Notes: generated by a model from the sequence alone, not told the origin. Numbered from the whole stretch's first letter, positions 25,380 to 39,812 are shown. The stretch: DNA of 63,086 bases, filler included, from Hausera hauseri (GCA_046269625.1; 13 parts of 13 records of this genome joined end to end with filler, not necessarily neighbours in it), one strand, 5' to 3'. Program-made: numbers and translations.

Positions 25380-25705
25380 CCCATTTTTCGATTTATGCCA
25401 AATAATTTGCCATTGTTTAGACCACTCGGCTCCTTTGGAGTTCCTATTCAACTTGAAAAAAGCTTCAAATGGCGACTCGAACATTTCCAAGAGGAATGTC
25501 GAAATATGATGCCAAGCGGAACTGTCAAACTTATTTTAAAACGAGATGATCTTCTCGATTCATCTTACAATCAGGTAGTGATTATTGTCATATTGGCATT
25601 ATTCGGTTATGTTAGATAAATAATTTATCTCCCACGGAGTTAAAGAAACGCCTTAGTGTCCAGTTTCTTGGTGAAGAGGGTCTTGATTATGGTGGTGTAG
25701 CAAAG
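25380..25705 (+). pseudogene. NEDD4-family (Itch/WWP/Su(dx)-like) HECT E3 ligase fragment with a 41-nt intron (25575-25615)
   Basis: FKWRLEHF...VKLILKRDDLLDSSYNQ | GT-AG intron | INNLSPTELKKRLSVQFLGEEGLDYGGVA, the start of a HECT domain. Confidence 0.85.
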
Positions 25706-25999
25706 TATTCTTATTCTTATTATTAATTTCTCGTACTGTAAATTATCCCAATTCAAAATGTCAATGTATAGTGTTTTATTATCTTACCACTTTTCATCTA
25801 ATATATGATCTTCAGTTGACATTGTGTCTTGTGAATATTGGCTTCAAAGAGAATTACCATTGTAGTGTTCAACTTGCAACAACGGAAATATTTATCTACA
25901 TTATGGTAGTCCACAGTTACATAGTAAAATTTCATGTTGCTTACACTGAATCAGATACATGATGCCCTTATTACAATTGACAATGTAAGTAAATACTGA

Positions 26000-28396
26000 A
26001 ATTTTCAAAACAAGCGGATAATGCTTAGATGTCGCTCCAAATGTCAGCTTTTGCAAGCAATTACAAGCCATATTGAAACAACACGTAAAGTTTGGTCATC
26101 ATGAAGAAATAATCACTGCATGTCGACTACCCTCTAAGAGACAAGTGTTGTGGCATTTCTTTTGTCATCATACAACTCTCAAGAAAACCAAGACTGACAG
26201 TGCATCTGAATTTACTGAAGTTGTTATTTCCTTCTGGACTGCAGAACACGTTCCGACTTCTACTGTCTGCTATTGTAAGAAAAAGTTACTTGCGCTTGTG
26301 GAGCAGTACGAAAAGTTAAAGAAAAAATCGATTGATGGACTCGGAATCCTACAGAAAAACTAAGAATATCTCCAATAGAGACCTTGAGAAACTGTTCCAC
26401 ATCTACAAGTATGAAACTCAAATGCTGATGACAAATAAGGAAGATCGGACTTTCCTATAAGTCAAAAGGAAGATTGCACACAGTCGACAATGACAGGTGT
26501 CTATCAGGTACATCACAGCGCTTGTGGACTAAAACGCAAGGGGATGAACACACAGCAGAAGCGACACGAAAAATATTTGAAACAAAAGGAAACTTGGAAC
26601 CTGACATTTGATTCATCAAATATCGTTGGCCTCTTTTTTTCATCAACATCGGATGCTGAAGGTGTCGAACCCGAAGAAAGAAGTGATCCTGACTTCACCT
26701 ACAAGCAGCGACAAAAAGCAATCGCCATCGCATGAAAAACTGTGAAATGCTTGCTTCCAAGAAAATCTATATATCACCAACAATGCCTCTATTCTTACAT
26801 TGGGACACAAAGCTGTTACATGGTCTCACCAGAACACAGAAAGTCGATCGTGTTACAATCCTGGTTACTGGTGAAGATTAAGAAATCCTTCTTGGTGTAC
26901 TACCTGTTTCTAGAAGTACTGGGACTGCTCAGACAGATGTTTGCCTCATCCTGCTTCGTGAGAACAACCTTGCTGAGAACATTACAGGTGTAGCGTTTGA
27001 CACAACAGCTTAAAATACCGGACTATCCGAGGGAGCCTGCATGAAGATTGAACGCGGTCTGAATCGCGAACTTGTGTGAGTTGCATGTCAGCATCATGTT
27101 TATGAAATCGTTTTGAGTGACGTCTTCGCTAAAGCTTATGGTACTTTCTCTGTTCGCTTTCAGGAGAGCTGAAAATTAATTTACAAATCCAGATGGTCTG
27201 CCATCACCTAGGATGAAGATCTTGCACAACGATTCTTGGAAAATGGCGACCCGGTAGAAATGAAGACATCAGCAGTCAACTATCTGAATTCCACGTTGCA
27301 ACAGAAATCCCACCCTAGAGAAGATTACGCCGAACTTCTACAACTGGCTTTCCTATTCTTGGGAGAAGTTTCAAATGGTTCTGACATGATCTGTACACCT
27401 GGTGCGTTCTATCAAGCCAGATAAATGACCAAAGCAATCTGTGCTTTAAAGATCTATCTCTTCAAGAATCAATTTCAAATGACTGCCAAAGAGAAGCTTG
27501 CAATGCGAAGTGTCGGCTTGTTTATGGCCCTTGTCTACGTTAGGTACTGTAATGAAGCTATGATAGCTAGAATTGCTTCAAAAACGATCTCGACTTTGTG
27601 TCATCTTCAGAACGGTTTACCGGAGCAAAGCCTTTCAGAGACATCATTAACAGTTGGGAAGCGGCACCAGTGGTACATTTCAGAAGTGTTAGTCGGTTTA
27701 GCTTTTTTCGATGAAAGGATCGATTCCACAAAGAAGAATGTCATGATGCACAACCTGTAGAAACCAAAGAAAAAAGCTCTTAAGAAACTCGACGGAAAGA
27801 AATTTTATTTCCGCCAGTCACCAAGTGAATTTGTGACATCCAAGATCATGAGAATTTTTGCAGCGCTTTTTCCAGATGGTGCTGTACTGGCTGATCGTTT
27901 TTTGCACAAGAAACTTGAAGAATAAGACGAATACCCTACCTAAATACGGTTCAAGACAATCTTGTGATAAGATGACAGTCGCCAATGATTGTGTCGAAAG
28001 AGCAATTTCTCGCGACAAAATTCAATTCGACCCTATAAAAGGACGAGAAACAGAAGCAGTATATCCTGACTGTTGTGCGACCGCATCAGAAGGACATGCC
28101 TTGTTGTTCAAAGGACGCTTTCACTGAATAACATTTATGTGGGATACTGAACGCTATTCTTTCTGGTACACATGTTATTACTACATTATATTGTCGATAA
28201 TTATTTCTGTTGTATCAGTAACAAAATAAATGTTGTGAATCATCAATATCCATAGTACAAAAAGCACCAACTAGAGCGACCCCTAAATGATGCGATAGAA
28301 ACCTGAAACTTTGCAGTTTTATTTTGTTTTTGGAATGGAAATAAGGCAACACGTGTTTGACCTGATAATTTTAAATGGGAATTTTGAACCACCCTA
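26000..28396 (+). mobile_element. hAT-superfamily (hATm-like) DNA transposon remnant
   Basis: Decayed transposase: HWDTKLL, FDTTA, ACQHHVYE, REDYAELLQL, PGAFYQAR, HQWYISE, VANDCVER. The right end gaaccaccctA at 28396 is the reverse complement of a TAGGGTGG-type TIR. Confidence 0.75.
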
Positions 28397-28932
28397 GTGT
28401 ACATAGATAATGTCATCAGAAATTCGTATCTACAATTAGAATGTACTGATGATGAAAATCTGATTAATGGAGAGACAACAAAAATTTCACGGATTCATTA
28501 TTTTAAAAACTATATGTATAGAGTAATATGAATTACATATTTAATAAGTATTGGAATAATGTTTATAAAATTATTTTATGTATTGGAATAATGTCATTTT
28601 CATGTATATTTTGTTAGACGTTTTGTGAAAAATATATTTTCCTCCATTTGTTAATATTTTAGTTATGTTATTATCTTGTGAAACTTGTGTAGTGCTTTAG
28701 TTGAATTTCTAAAATGATGTGTGTGTGGATATAATATTTTAACAATGTACACAAAAATTTCGGCAAAATTTGTACAACTTTGTGTTGTCTAACATCGAAT
28801 CCGTGACATTTGTATTCATTCACCAATTTTCANNNNNNNNNNNNNNNNNNNNNNNNNNNNNNNNNNNNNNNNNNNNTTAATTAATTAANNNNNNNNNNNN
28901 NNNNNNNNNNNNNNNNNNNNNNNNNNNNNNNN

Positions 28933-31758
28933 GATGTTTTTCAGCTCAAGGAAAAAGCTGTCTGTGTCACCGGCAACGATACTGATCTCCGAGCCGTCGA
29001 ACATTTGCCGGTAACGTGCCAAGTCGCGATACTGTAGCTCGTACATCCGCAACTTGCTCAGGTCCAATACGACTTGTCCGATGTAACTTGGCCGGTCCAG
29101 AACGACTTCTTCCCTGTTTAGAAGCACGGCAACCAATCCTTCGGCAATGTGCATTGACCGCCGAAACTGAGCCTTGCTGGTGTACGTAACAAGTCGATTT
29201 TCATTATTGCACAGGCGCACATTGAGCCGCTTCTTCAGATTTTCCACTGTTTTTCCGTACAGTGAATTGTTTTTGAGCTTGTAATAGTCCTTTTCGAACT
29301 TTGTACAATCTGCCTTGAATATCGTCGCCTGATTGAAGCGGTTTGCACGATGAAGCTGTGTGACGCGTACACCAAGCTGCATGTAAAACTGCAGTAGACA
29401 CCAATGAACCATGTAATTTGATTTGGGTTCATGTGTTATGAGCAGTTTCTTTACTTCTGAGCCGCCGGGCGGACATTGGCTAATTGGTGCGGCCGGCAGT
29501 TCATCCAGAAAGTCATGCAGCTCATCTGGTACCATGAGATCGGCCTCCATCAGGTATCCGATTAAGCTGTTTTCTGCTGTTGTCGTGTCTGGCGCCCTCA
29601 ACAGATTTTCCAGTATTGTGTCCAGGTCCTGTTTATAGACCATCCATTCGAATGAACCGTACGGCAAGGGTTGTGAAAGCGCCCAGCCGTACAGGTAATT
29701 AATATCGATGTACAACATTGACGTTGTATCATTATCATCATCATCATCATCATCACTGGTTACATGATGTTTGTTGATAAATGTCATGTCGCCACGAATA
29801 CCAATATCAAATATTCGGTACATTTCCGCGTCTTGCAACAGCTCAATTTCCCTGTCCAGCGACATTAGTGCCAATGCCCAACTCATCCCCAGTATGGAGT
29901 AAAAGTTTAGCGGCTCCAGCCTATGTTTCACCAACGCCTTAGCACCAAATGTCTAAAACACATCGGCTAACAAGTACACGTCCAATTTCATGTACTGGAG
30001 CATATATTCCAACATGTTTCTGCAGCCGAGCTTTGTCCACGCTTCCTGTGCTCTGTGGTACTTGTCCTCTGTGATTCCGGCCCACTGTGGCGGCAATTCA
30101 TCTGTTGTCTGAAGCCGCTCGTACCACATAGCAAAGTCATATGGAAATATGCCTTTGCAGCGTGCAATATGCGCGGGGAACTGCGTCAGTGTTAGTGGCA
30201 CATCGGGCAAGGCATTTATGAGCTTTGCTAGAGACTCATTGAGGAACTGCAATGAGTCAAAAAATCGTACCTGAAACCGGTTTATGCGTGCCGATAAGGA
30301 CAGTTACTTCTCTATCGTTGTTGGGATTATGAATAGCTCCCAGTGTGGAAATCCGTTGATGGTTCATTTCAGAATATGGTGATAGTCATAACCCCTGAAG
30401 TTATGAAATATTACCGGCAGGAATGGCCGCAACCGTGTTGCCAAATTGCATGAATTGTCTGTTGCTCCCAAGTATCGACCAGTGAAATGATTGTGATCCG
30501 GTACGAGCCGTTCCTGTGCATCGAACGGCAATATTTTGTTGCTCAGGTAAAATTCGTCACTGGCAGAGAAAAACAGTGGTTCATATTTGTCTGCCCAGAC
30601 CAAGGGTTTAGTGCTATTATCCCAATATCACGACACGATTTCCGTTTCCACTATTGTCTCCAACTGATGCAGGAAGTCGCGGACACAGTCCCATCCGTGA
30701 AAAACGTAGTATTGTGGTTGTCCGTCGGCTTTGATTGGCACAACCAGCATGCCGACGGCAATTGGGGCATGCTTTTGATCGTAGATGTTGTGCCGTGGTA
30801 AAATTGTCTCGATATTGGCATATACAACATATGTCGGACTGTCAATTTTTGGCTAGTCACTGAACCTCAGTTACTTTTTGACTGGCATGACATACATCGT
30901 TGTTCCTGTTGCATTTTTCCTGCACAGCGCCGCATGCTTTTCCAATGTCGCTTCTGACCTAAAGCCATGTAGACATATGGGACACCATTTGCAGCTTATG
31001 CGTTTTTGGACAAACTGATGATGGTCCATGTTTAGTAGTCTATCCAAATTTGTTACTGCCACATAATGAAAGTTTTCTTCATTCTCCAACAGCAACAAAT
31101 TTATTGTGCGTCCATTTGGGTTCCGACTGCGGTAGATTATGTCTACATGGGGATTTTTGTATATTTCTTTATCTGTCGGTATCTCTATGATTGTGTTGTA
31201 CGGAAACACGTTGATTGCCAGTGTCGGATTACGCCGTTCAAAAGCAGAAATGGTTTCGAATTTCATCGGCATCCAAAATTCGTCGTAGTCCAATTCTGAG
31301 AAATACTTATTGTACTGCTTTGGACAATTTGCATGATGTCTAGACACTTGATCATATTTCAGTATGGCAAAAATGCTGCAAATAAAGCGGTATTCGTCGT
31401 TACTATTTTGTACATTCACTACCGCCAGAGACTGCTTCAAGGATGTAGGTGTCGGAATGAATAATGAACGTCCTGACAGGTAAATCATGTCACTCGTCCT
31501 GGTCAGAATAAAGCCGAGAGTGAGAATCTTTACAATTCGCCAATCACTGCCCTTTTCGGTGTAGTTGGCGATTTTTTCGTCAAGCTTTTCGCGTACATCG
31601 GCAATAAAACCCTGAGAGTATGGTACGGCTCGATGTGACATGGACCATTGTTTCCTGTCACCCTGCAGATTTTCAAATTGTGCAAGTGCATAATATTTTA
31701 CTTTGCAGTGGTGTTGTTGGAATTTGGCCACCTCTGATTTCAACCGGTTACGCACATT
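28933..31758 (-). pseudogene. Protein-primed DNA polymerase B (Polinton/adintovirus-like), decayed copy 2
   Basis: CPICLHGF Zn finger, DHNHFTGRYLGA, FHNFRGYDYH, YIDINYLYGWALSQPLP, KLKNNSLYGK, GDTDSFF. Clearly homologous to copy 1; homology ends at about 31758. Confidence 0.92.
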
Positions 31759-32329
31759 AGCAGTAGTTGTATTACCAGTGTTATGGGCTGGCCCCTTAAA
31801 TTTAAAAAAAATTGTCATTCGTTCGCTACCCTATTACCGCTCGCTCATGAAAATTTAAAAAGAAATTGAAAAACCGACCCATATATTAATATCTAACAAA
31901 TATTTGAAAACGAATAGATTACCAGTTTGTAAACTAAAATCCGCAAATATTTCAAAATTGAAACTGATATTAAAGAATTGAAAATGGAAGCAAAATTTTC
32001 AAGAAATCAACTCGAAATATCAATTAAATCAAAATGTCTGAAAACCGATTGTTAAATATCCACGCAAATGAAAATGGCCAGATTAAATTCTGAAATAAAG
32101 TCTGAAAAACGATACGACAAGCTTGTAAAGCTGATTCATCGAAAAAAACAAATGGCTGATTAAAAATCAATTGTATTTAAAATTTTCAAAAGTTTTCACT
32201 TATATTTACTACATTTAAACAAAGTCTCGAAACACAATAGTAAAGATAAACACAATCAATTGTCTAATGTTCATGTAGTTTATCCACAAAGAAATAATAA
32301 CACACCTTGATAAATAAAATGTACAGTCA

Positions 32330-33220
32330 ATGACAGGTGAAGGAAGCAGCAAAGATAGATAAAATAAATAATTCAGGAATTATGTTTCAAAAACTAAAGT
32401 CGACTGAAGCATTAGAGTTTGTAACAGACGATCCGTTCAGGTACATAATGTGATCAATTTCCACTTCTGAACTGCCAGTTCCGTTGATATTGTGTTGACT
32501 AGCCTCAATAGATTGCGTCTCAAACGAATTTACGGAATCGTCAAATTCCGAAATTTTAATATGGACCGCCGAAACTCATTTGAGGCGATTGTAGTTTTTT
32601 ACAGTTGACGTCCGAATTGGTGGCAGTACAATCTGTCTTTTGATTGTTTTCGACAAGGCGGTTTTATCTTCTGACATTTTAAAATAATTGGGTAATTCAT
32701 TTTCGTAAAATCCATCGGCACTTCCGTATAAACGGTTTCTTTTTGTTGGATCGATAAGTACATTTCCCAATATGCCAAATTGCGAATTTCAAATGCGTTC
32801 GATCTCAGCAATATTCGGTCATTCATATTTTTCACGATCACCTGATACAATACAGATAAATCACCATTTTTATTTCCATTTCCACCAAAAATTATATTAC
32901 CATAAAATCCTTTGTTAGACATTTTTGAAAATGTTGCATTTATAATGAAATTGTTATTGTCATAATCAATTTTTGAACAAGTAAAATTATTCAATTTACA
33001 CAAATAGAACACTGTGCTTTGCCCATTTTCTTTTTTAATTTCACCGACAACATCCGAACTGTACGTATTTTGAATAAGATTAACGTTTTGTGATAAACCA
33101 TTTCCACTGATGACTTGTGAACCATAATTACTGACTGACCATTCAAGGGCGTTCGAAAATATTAAAACAATATACAATGAATAAAATAAAGAAAAAACGT
33201 GCTTTTTTCTTGCAGCTCCT
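32330..33220 (-). pseudogene. Frameshifted secreted/surface protein gene fragment (probable cassette cargo)
   Basis: Hydrophobic N-terminus (LFYSLYIVLIFSNA), Asn-rich body across ORFs 32599-33177 and 32576-32770, hydrophobic C-terminal tail. Lies directly inside the terminal repeat at 33349-33455. Confidence 0.45.
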
Positions 33221-33348
33221 AAAATATTTAAAATTAATTCGTTTTGGATTTTGAAGCGTTTTCGAAAGAGTAGTTAGAATTGATATTTTCCAACATTAAC
33301 CGAATACTATCGGGAGTTCTATCGTCACTTGCATTCATTTCAATTTTC

Positions 33349-33455
33349 AAGGCGGAAAATCGGGGCCTGTCTATGCGCCCGACACGCCGGCGGCGGAAAA
33401 CCCGACCGTGCCCAACCGAATTGGCCGGAGGGCAACAGTCAGTACGGGCACCACA
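33349..33455 (-). repeat. GC-rich TGTGGTGCCC terminal repeat (type A)
   Basis: Reverse complement tgtggtgcccgtactgactgttgccctccggccaattcggttgggcacgg...ccgattttccgcc aligns along its length with 44139-44245. Confidence 0.85.
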
Positions 33456-34089
33456 TACATATTCCTACGTATCCCCTCATAGCTCANNNNNNNNNNNNNN
33501 NNNNNNNNNNNNNNNNNNNNNNNNNNNNNNTTAATTAATTAANNNNNNNNNNNNNNNNNNNNNNNNNNNNNNNNNNNNNNNNNNNNTCCTTTTCTAATAA
33601 CAGATAAACATATTTATTACGTAATAAAATAACGGTATGATTATCATATAATCGTTTTCAATGTGGTGCAATCGTTTTCGTTTTCCAGGATAATAACTTA
33701 ATTTTCAAAAATAATAACAATCAACTAATAAATTAACATTCATTGGTTGAATGTTATTATTTTTGAAAATTAACATTCAAATTCATATACATTAACATCT
33801 AAACAATTGTCTCATAATAGAGTGATATGCAAAAAAATCAGATATCAGTTTGTGTAAATAGCCGATTCTGATATCCGATTTTTTCTGATTACCTTGTATA
33901 AACGTCAATTTCGTGTATCAATGGCAAATACTATCGTTAAAGTTCAACAAGAGCATACGTGCTTTAATAAAGATTTCACGGTCAAAAGTAAAAATTGAGT
34001 GAAAAACTTAATTAGCTAATAAACGTCGTTACCTTTCGAATATAATCTTTACCTTAAATTTCAAGTAGAATATTAGTATAAAGGCATAC

Positions 34090-34925
34090 AGGAGTAAACA
34101 AAATTTATCGTCGAACGGGTTAAGTGCCTTCTTTTTTGAAGCCATTGTCATTAATTGGTGGTTCTTTGTACCAATTCTCTCCTGTTCAACTATTGTCCCA
34201 GAAACAGTTTCGTATGCCTGTAGATAAATGTTGTATTGTAAATCTGTCTGCTTCAGATCGATCACTTTGTATTTCAAGACTGATCTGTTGTGTTTTCAGA
34301 GCGTGATTTCGGCCGTCAGAAAATACCCTCTTCATATTCAAAACAACCCCTACTTTCATGTTTAAATTTACTAATCGCAATCGAGAAGCGATAGGAGTAA
34401 GAAGAATCGTTCATATCATAATTCGATGTGTCCAGCTGTTCATTTGAAATCATTGCTGGTAAAAGTTGGGATAGGACGTCAACACCACAGCACTCAAGAA
34501 AGAAGCTGTCCGTGTCACTAGCAATGATATTAATCACGCAGTTAAACTGGTGCTGTACATCTCTAACTCAATGTAGTTCAACTCAAACTAGAGAGATCAA
34601 GTACTACCTGACCGATATATGAGGGCCTATCTAAAGTAACCATACCTTTATCGAGGAGAACAGCAACCAGATCATCAGCTATAATAATACTTTCCTTAAA
34701 CTGTGCCTTGCTAGTATATGTAATAGGCTTCTTAGCATTATTACACTGTCTCAAGTTGCACATTTTTAAGAGACTCTCTACTGTTTTACCATATGCACTA
34801 TTGTTTTCCAGTTTAAAGAAATCTTTCTCAAAAGGATTAATCGTCTCAGCCTTTTAGCAGTGTTTAAATCGATATAATCCATGAACACATAACCCTAGTC
34901 AAATTTAACAGCCCATGAACATAAA
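34090..34925 (-). pseudogene. pPolB C-terminal fragment, decayed copy 3 (more divergent)
   Basis: KLENNSAYGK, LDRPSYIGQVVLDLS, SDTDSFF, KFKHE, KKALNPFDDK. Confidence 0.85.
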
Positions 34926-34928
34926 CCA

Positions 34929-35010
34929 TGACCCTTGGCCCATTTTGGTTGAACACCGTCGGGCGTACCGTTTCCGTCTAATCGGACCGATAGTTGTACC
35001 CGAGTTTACT
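34929..35010 (+). repeat. 5'-truncated, diverged type A terminal repeat
   Basis: acccttggcccattttggttg...cgggcgtaccgtttccg...tcggaccgatag aligns to 44160-44240. Confidence 0.65.
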
Positions 35011-36134
35011 CTTCAGCTAGTCTTGTCGCAGAACAATGTCCGTGGAATAAGATCACAAATATATCCACTAACAACATGCAAACTTAATCCAGTGTCGTAG
35101 TACTATTCCTTATGTAACAACACAAGTTGAATATGACCAAAATCACAAATAATTTTGCACCAATTAATTCTACCTATGCAAACAAATCCGCGCAGATCTT
35201 GCCCATATATCTTGTATCGATTGAAGTTACATTGTTCCTAACAGCTAGATGGATTTCGTAGCATGACAAATTTATAACAGTCTGTAGAAAGTTCCTTACT
35301 CAAATCAGACCTTACATTTTATTCGACTCTTCACATCATAACCAGCTGTTACGTAACGACAATTAGTAATGACGATGTATTCCCATTCTAAATTGCTTTT
35401 ACAATTTTGTATGGATTATTTTGCTATCTTTGTTATTATATTACTGTCGTTTATTTTATCTATGTATCAAGTCGTTTGTGTCCCACAAATCCGTTTTCTC
35501 CTTTTGTACAGTGTAATTTTTTTTAATAAAAAATTCGGGTCTTGTAAAAAAAATTCAACCCGGGTACACATTTTTTACAAGAATAATTTTGGGTTTAAAT
35601 TTTTTACAACATCCGAAAATTCAAATAAATCAGGTACAAAATAATTCAACATCATATATGCAAGTTTTATTAAGAAGTGTGCAGTGATGCACTATTGCTG
35701 TCTGGTTTTGTGCGTTGCCCATTTTTACCCCATCGTGCTGAAATGAAATATGTGGCCCGACGATATAGAAAATATTTTCTGGCAAAAACAAGTTTGTCGC
35801 AATATTAAAAATTTTTAAAACATTAAAGATGTCTGACTTACAGTTTTTCTTATGATGGTTGATGGCGTTTATTATGCTGTTTCTTGCAGATCAGAATACA
35901 TTTTGGTGTTCAGAGTTTAGACAAAATTTTGATGGGATCAAAATTTTACTGCTATTTATTCGCACGCAGTTTTATTGACGTACATTTCATTTCCGAGGTG
36001 CACTAAATCCTGGTTGAGTCTAACTAGGTCGTGCACTCCGAATTGTTTGTCATTTATTGACAATATTTCTTGTCACATAACTTTGTAACTAAGGTTCGGA
36101 TAAACCTACCAAAACTACAATATCCAAGCATGAC

Positions 36135-37550
36135 GCTGAAATGAGGAAGATCGGGCTTTCTTGGTACGTCAACAGGAAGATCGCACACAGTCACCAATGG
36201 CGGATGTCGATCAGTTACATCACAGCGACTGTGAACTGAAACGCAAGCGAATGAACACATAGCAGAAGCGACAGGAACAATATGCGAAATAAAAGGAAAC
36301 TTGAAACCTGACAGTTGATTCATCAAATATCGTTGGCCTCTCCTTTTCTTCATTATCGAGTACTGAAGGTGTAGAATCTGAAGAAAGTAGTGATCCCGAC
36401 TTCACCTACAAGCAGCGGCAAAACGCAAATCTGACAGAGATGTCTAAGGTCAATGATCAAACTCTACTGAATTCAGCAGTAACTTTAACATTAGATCTCG
36501 TGAATTTTTCTGACAGGAAAGGTATGTTTGCACTTGAGGCAGTGGCAAAGGCAACTGATCACAGTTGGAGTGATCTGATGTGTTTCAGAAGTTCCATTCG
36601 TCGCCGTCGCATGAAGAACCGTGAAATGTTTGCTTCCAACAAAATCGATATATCACCAATGGTGTCTCTATTCTTACATTGAAATACGAAGCTGTTGCCT
36701 GGTTTTACGAGAACACAGAAAGTCGACCGTGTTGCAATTCTGATTATTGGTAAAGATCTAGAAATCCCGCTTGATGTACTCCATCACGAACTTGTGTGGG
36801 CTGCATGTCCGCATCACGTTTATGAAGTCGTCTTGACTAACATCTTCCCTAAGGCTTATGATACATGCACAGGACCATATGTTCAGCTCTTTGTTCGCTT
36901 TCATGAGAGCTGGATATTAATTGACAAATCCCAATGGTCTGCCGTCAGTGAGGATGAAGATTTTGTGCAATGATTATTGGAAAATGGCGACCTGGCAGAG
37001 ATGAAGGCATCAGCAGTCAACTATCTGAAGTCTGCGTTTCAACAGAAATCCCACCCTAGAGAAGATTACGCCGAACTTCTACAACTGGCTTTCTATTTCT
37101 TGGGAAAAGTTTCAGATGTTTCTGTCATGATCCGTACACCTGGTGCATTCCACCAAGCCAGACAGATTGTCAAAGCAATCTATGCTCTAAGAGTATATCT
37201 CTTCAAGAATCAGTTTCAAATGATTGCCAAAGAGAGGCATGCAGTGCTCAATGTCGGCTTGTTTTTGGCCCTAGTCTATGTTAAGTACTGGAATGAATCT
37301 ATGATAGCTACATATTCTGCAAAAAACGATCTCGACTTTGTGCCATCTTCAGAAGGGTTTGCCGGAACGAAGCCTTGCAGAGACAAGATTAACAGCTTGG
37401 AAGCGGCACCTGTGGTACATTTCAGAGGAGTTAGTCGCTTTATCTTTTTTCGATGAAAGGATCGATGCCACAAAGAAGAATGCCTTGGTGCAGAACCTTC
37501 AAAAATTGCCAAAGAAAAAACTCTTAATAGACTCGACGGAAAGAAGTTCC
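36135..37550 (+). mobile_element. hATm-like transposase remnant, copy 2
   Basis: Nucleotide and protein similarity to 26430-27820 (ACPHHVYE, REDYAELLQL, PGAFHQAR, HLWYISEELV), with an internal deletion. Confidence 0.8.
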
Positions 37551-37730
37551 TAAGTTGGTAACACACGAATAACAGCTGATCTGTGTATTAGTAGTGTTTT
37601 GTTTTGTAAGTGGTAGTGTTTTTGTTTTTAGTTTGTTTTGCAAGTTACAGAAGGATATCGGGTTCTGTGAAGTGTGCTATTAAAACAAGTTTTCTGCGAG
37701 CTTTATTTCGATTGTTTTGTCAGTGGAATA

Positions 37731-38751
37731 ATGCCTTAAGTATTTACATCAAAGGAATACGCTGATATGGTTTTTATTTTGGGTTACTGTAATGGTAATG
37801 CTAGAGCTGATGCAGCAGAATATGAACTGCGTTACCCTAGTAGGAGGATTCCAGATCCCAAAACAATTCGTGGAACTTTCCGTACTCTTCGGGAAACAGG
37901 ATCACTACCGAGTATTCGTACCAATTATGAACGTGCTATCCAACATGATGACGATATTGTTATTAATACTGTTCATCGCAGTTCGGGCGTAAATACACAA
38001 CGTCTTTCTAGGCGGATAGGAGTTTCACAGTCGACGGTGTGGAGGTCACTGAATCGAAATAAATTTTATCCATTTTATAAACAAAATGTTCAACATTTAC
38101 AGCCAGGGGATGGTCCACTTCGCTTGGAGTTTTGCAACTTTTTAAATATTAATCAACAACTCTACAAGCGTATTTTGTTTACGGATGAGGCGCAATTCAT
38201 TCAGAATGGTGTCAAAAGCTTGCACAATGAACACTCATGTGCAGAAGAGAATCCTCATGAGGTAGTGGAACAGAACTTTCAACACCGATTTAGCGTCAAT
38301 GTCTGGTGTGGCCTTTTTCATAATCGGCTGATTGAACCATTCATATTACCTGGACGCCTAAGTGCTGAGTTCTATTTGCACTTCCTTTAAGAAGAGTTGC
38401 CGCAGCTGTTTGAGGATGCTCCTTTGCATCTCAGACGAGATTTCATGAATCGTTTCAGCTCACTTAAATATTTAATTTCCTGGACAATGGATAGGTTGTT
38501 GAGGGCCTCACTCTTGGCAACAAAGATCACAAGCTCTATCTCCATTGGATTATTGCGTCTGGGGATGGATGAAAGATATTGTCTACAAGACAGAAGTGAA
38601 TTCTCGTGAAGAATTAATTGCCCGTATTATGGATTCGGCTGTGCAGATAAAGGGAAGTCCTGGAAAATTAAGAAACGCAACAAACGCAGTACACAAACGT
38701 CCTTCAAAATGTATTTATAATACCGGCTTCATTTTTGAACATCTATTATAA
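37731..38751 (+). mobile_element. Tc1/mariner-superfamily transposase (N-terminal HTH + DDE domain), decayed
   Basis: EYADMVFILG.CNGNA N-terminus, ILFTDEA, FSVNVWCG, PLDYCVWGWMK. The second catalytic Asp region is deleted and there are premature stops. Confidence 0.85.
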
Positions 38752-39812
38752 AAAAGGTGCGTACAGTTGGCCAAACCGAAATAAAATTTTTTAAAATTAC
38801 TAATGTATTATACTAAATAAAATGCCATTTTTTGTACTTCTGTTTTATTTTTGACTTAACTTACATCAATTTTCTCAGAATTAAATTATGTACAAGTTTT
38901 GATACGTAAATTTATACATTTATCCGCCANNNNNNNNNNNNNNNNNNNNNNNNNNNNNNNNNNNNNNNNNNNNTTAATTAATTAANNNNNNNNNNNNNNN
39001 NNNNNNNNNNNNNNNNNNNNNNNNNNNNNACCTTCCTTCAAAATTATGGATGTTTATCTTTTTCATCATTGTAAATGTTTGGCTTCATAATAATTTGTGA
39101 CTGCTTATGTTCCTAATTTGTGTATAAGACTCCGCTGTTTCAGTTTGAGTAATGCTTAACACCATTTGTTAGGGTTGGCAAGAGTTATTGTCAACATTTT
39201 AGGCAAAGATGCCACGTGATCTGCTCAAAGAAAGGGGCTCCTCCCTTTTTCTTCAATCACCAAAGAGTTGTACTGCTCGATATCTCAGTCTTTGATTGTC
39301 AGCTTGCCGTGTTTTTTTTGTTTAAACCATAAGTCGTAGTCCTATTGTAAACTGTTCGACGAAATCTTTCATCATTCTCCTGATATATTTTCGCTCGCGG
39401 TCTTTAGCTTATCTCCCTTGTCCACAAACAACGTTCCCTCTGTACAAGTATTCCCATTCAACCTGTCCACTTTCTCATACTGTCTCACTCTCGCGACACT
39501 GACAACGCATTCGTGTGATACTTTCGAAAAAGGAGTGGTCAAGAAGAAATACAATCCCCTCTTTCGTGAGTTACTCAGTAACTCCGTCATCATCACCGCA
39601 CGCGATGGCTCCAGGCAAGGGGACCTTTCAGCTAAGAGGCAAAGGATCGCTATTGTTTCATGCAGAGTGATGGATCACTGCCAGAAAGCAAAGGATTGCG
39701 CTACTGCCATTGGGCCTCGATCCACCTTCTATCTAACCACAGGGACGGGAGGAAAGATTTTGATACACTCTATTAATTATTTTTAGATATTGTAAAAAGA
39801 TAATAGAGTAAA

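Noticed and set aside
31759-31818. ATG start of ORF 30871-31818 as the true pPolB start
   Set aside because: Homology to copy 1 stops at about 31758. The first residues come from unrelated adjoining sequence.
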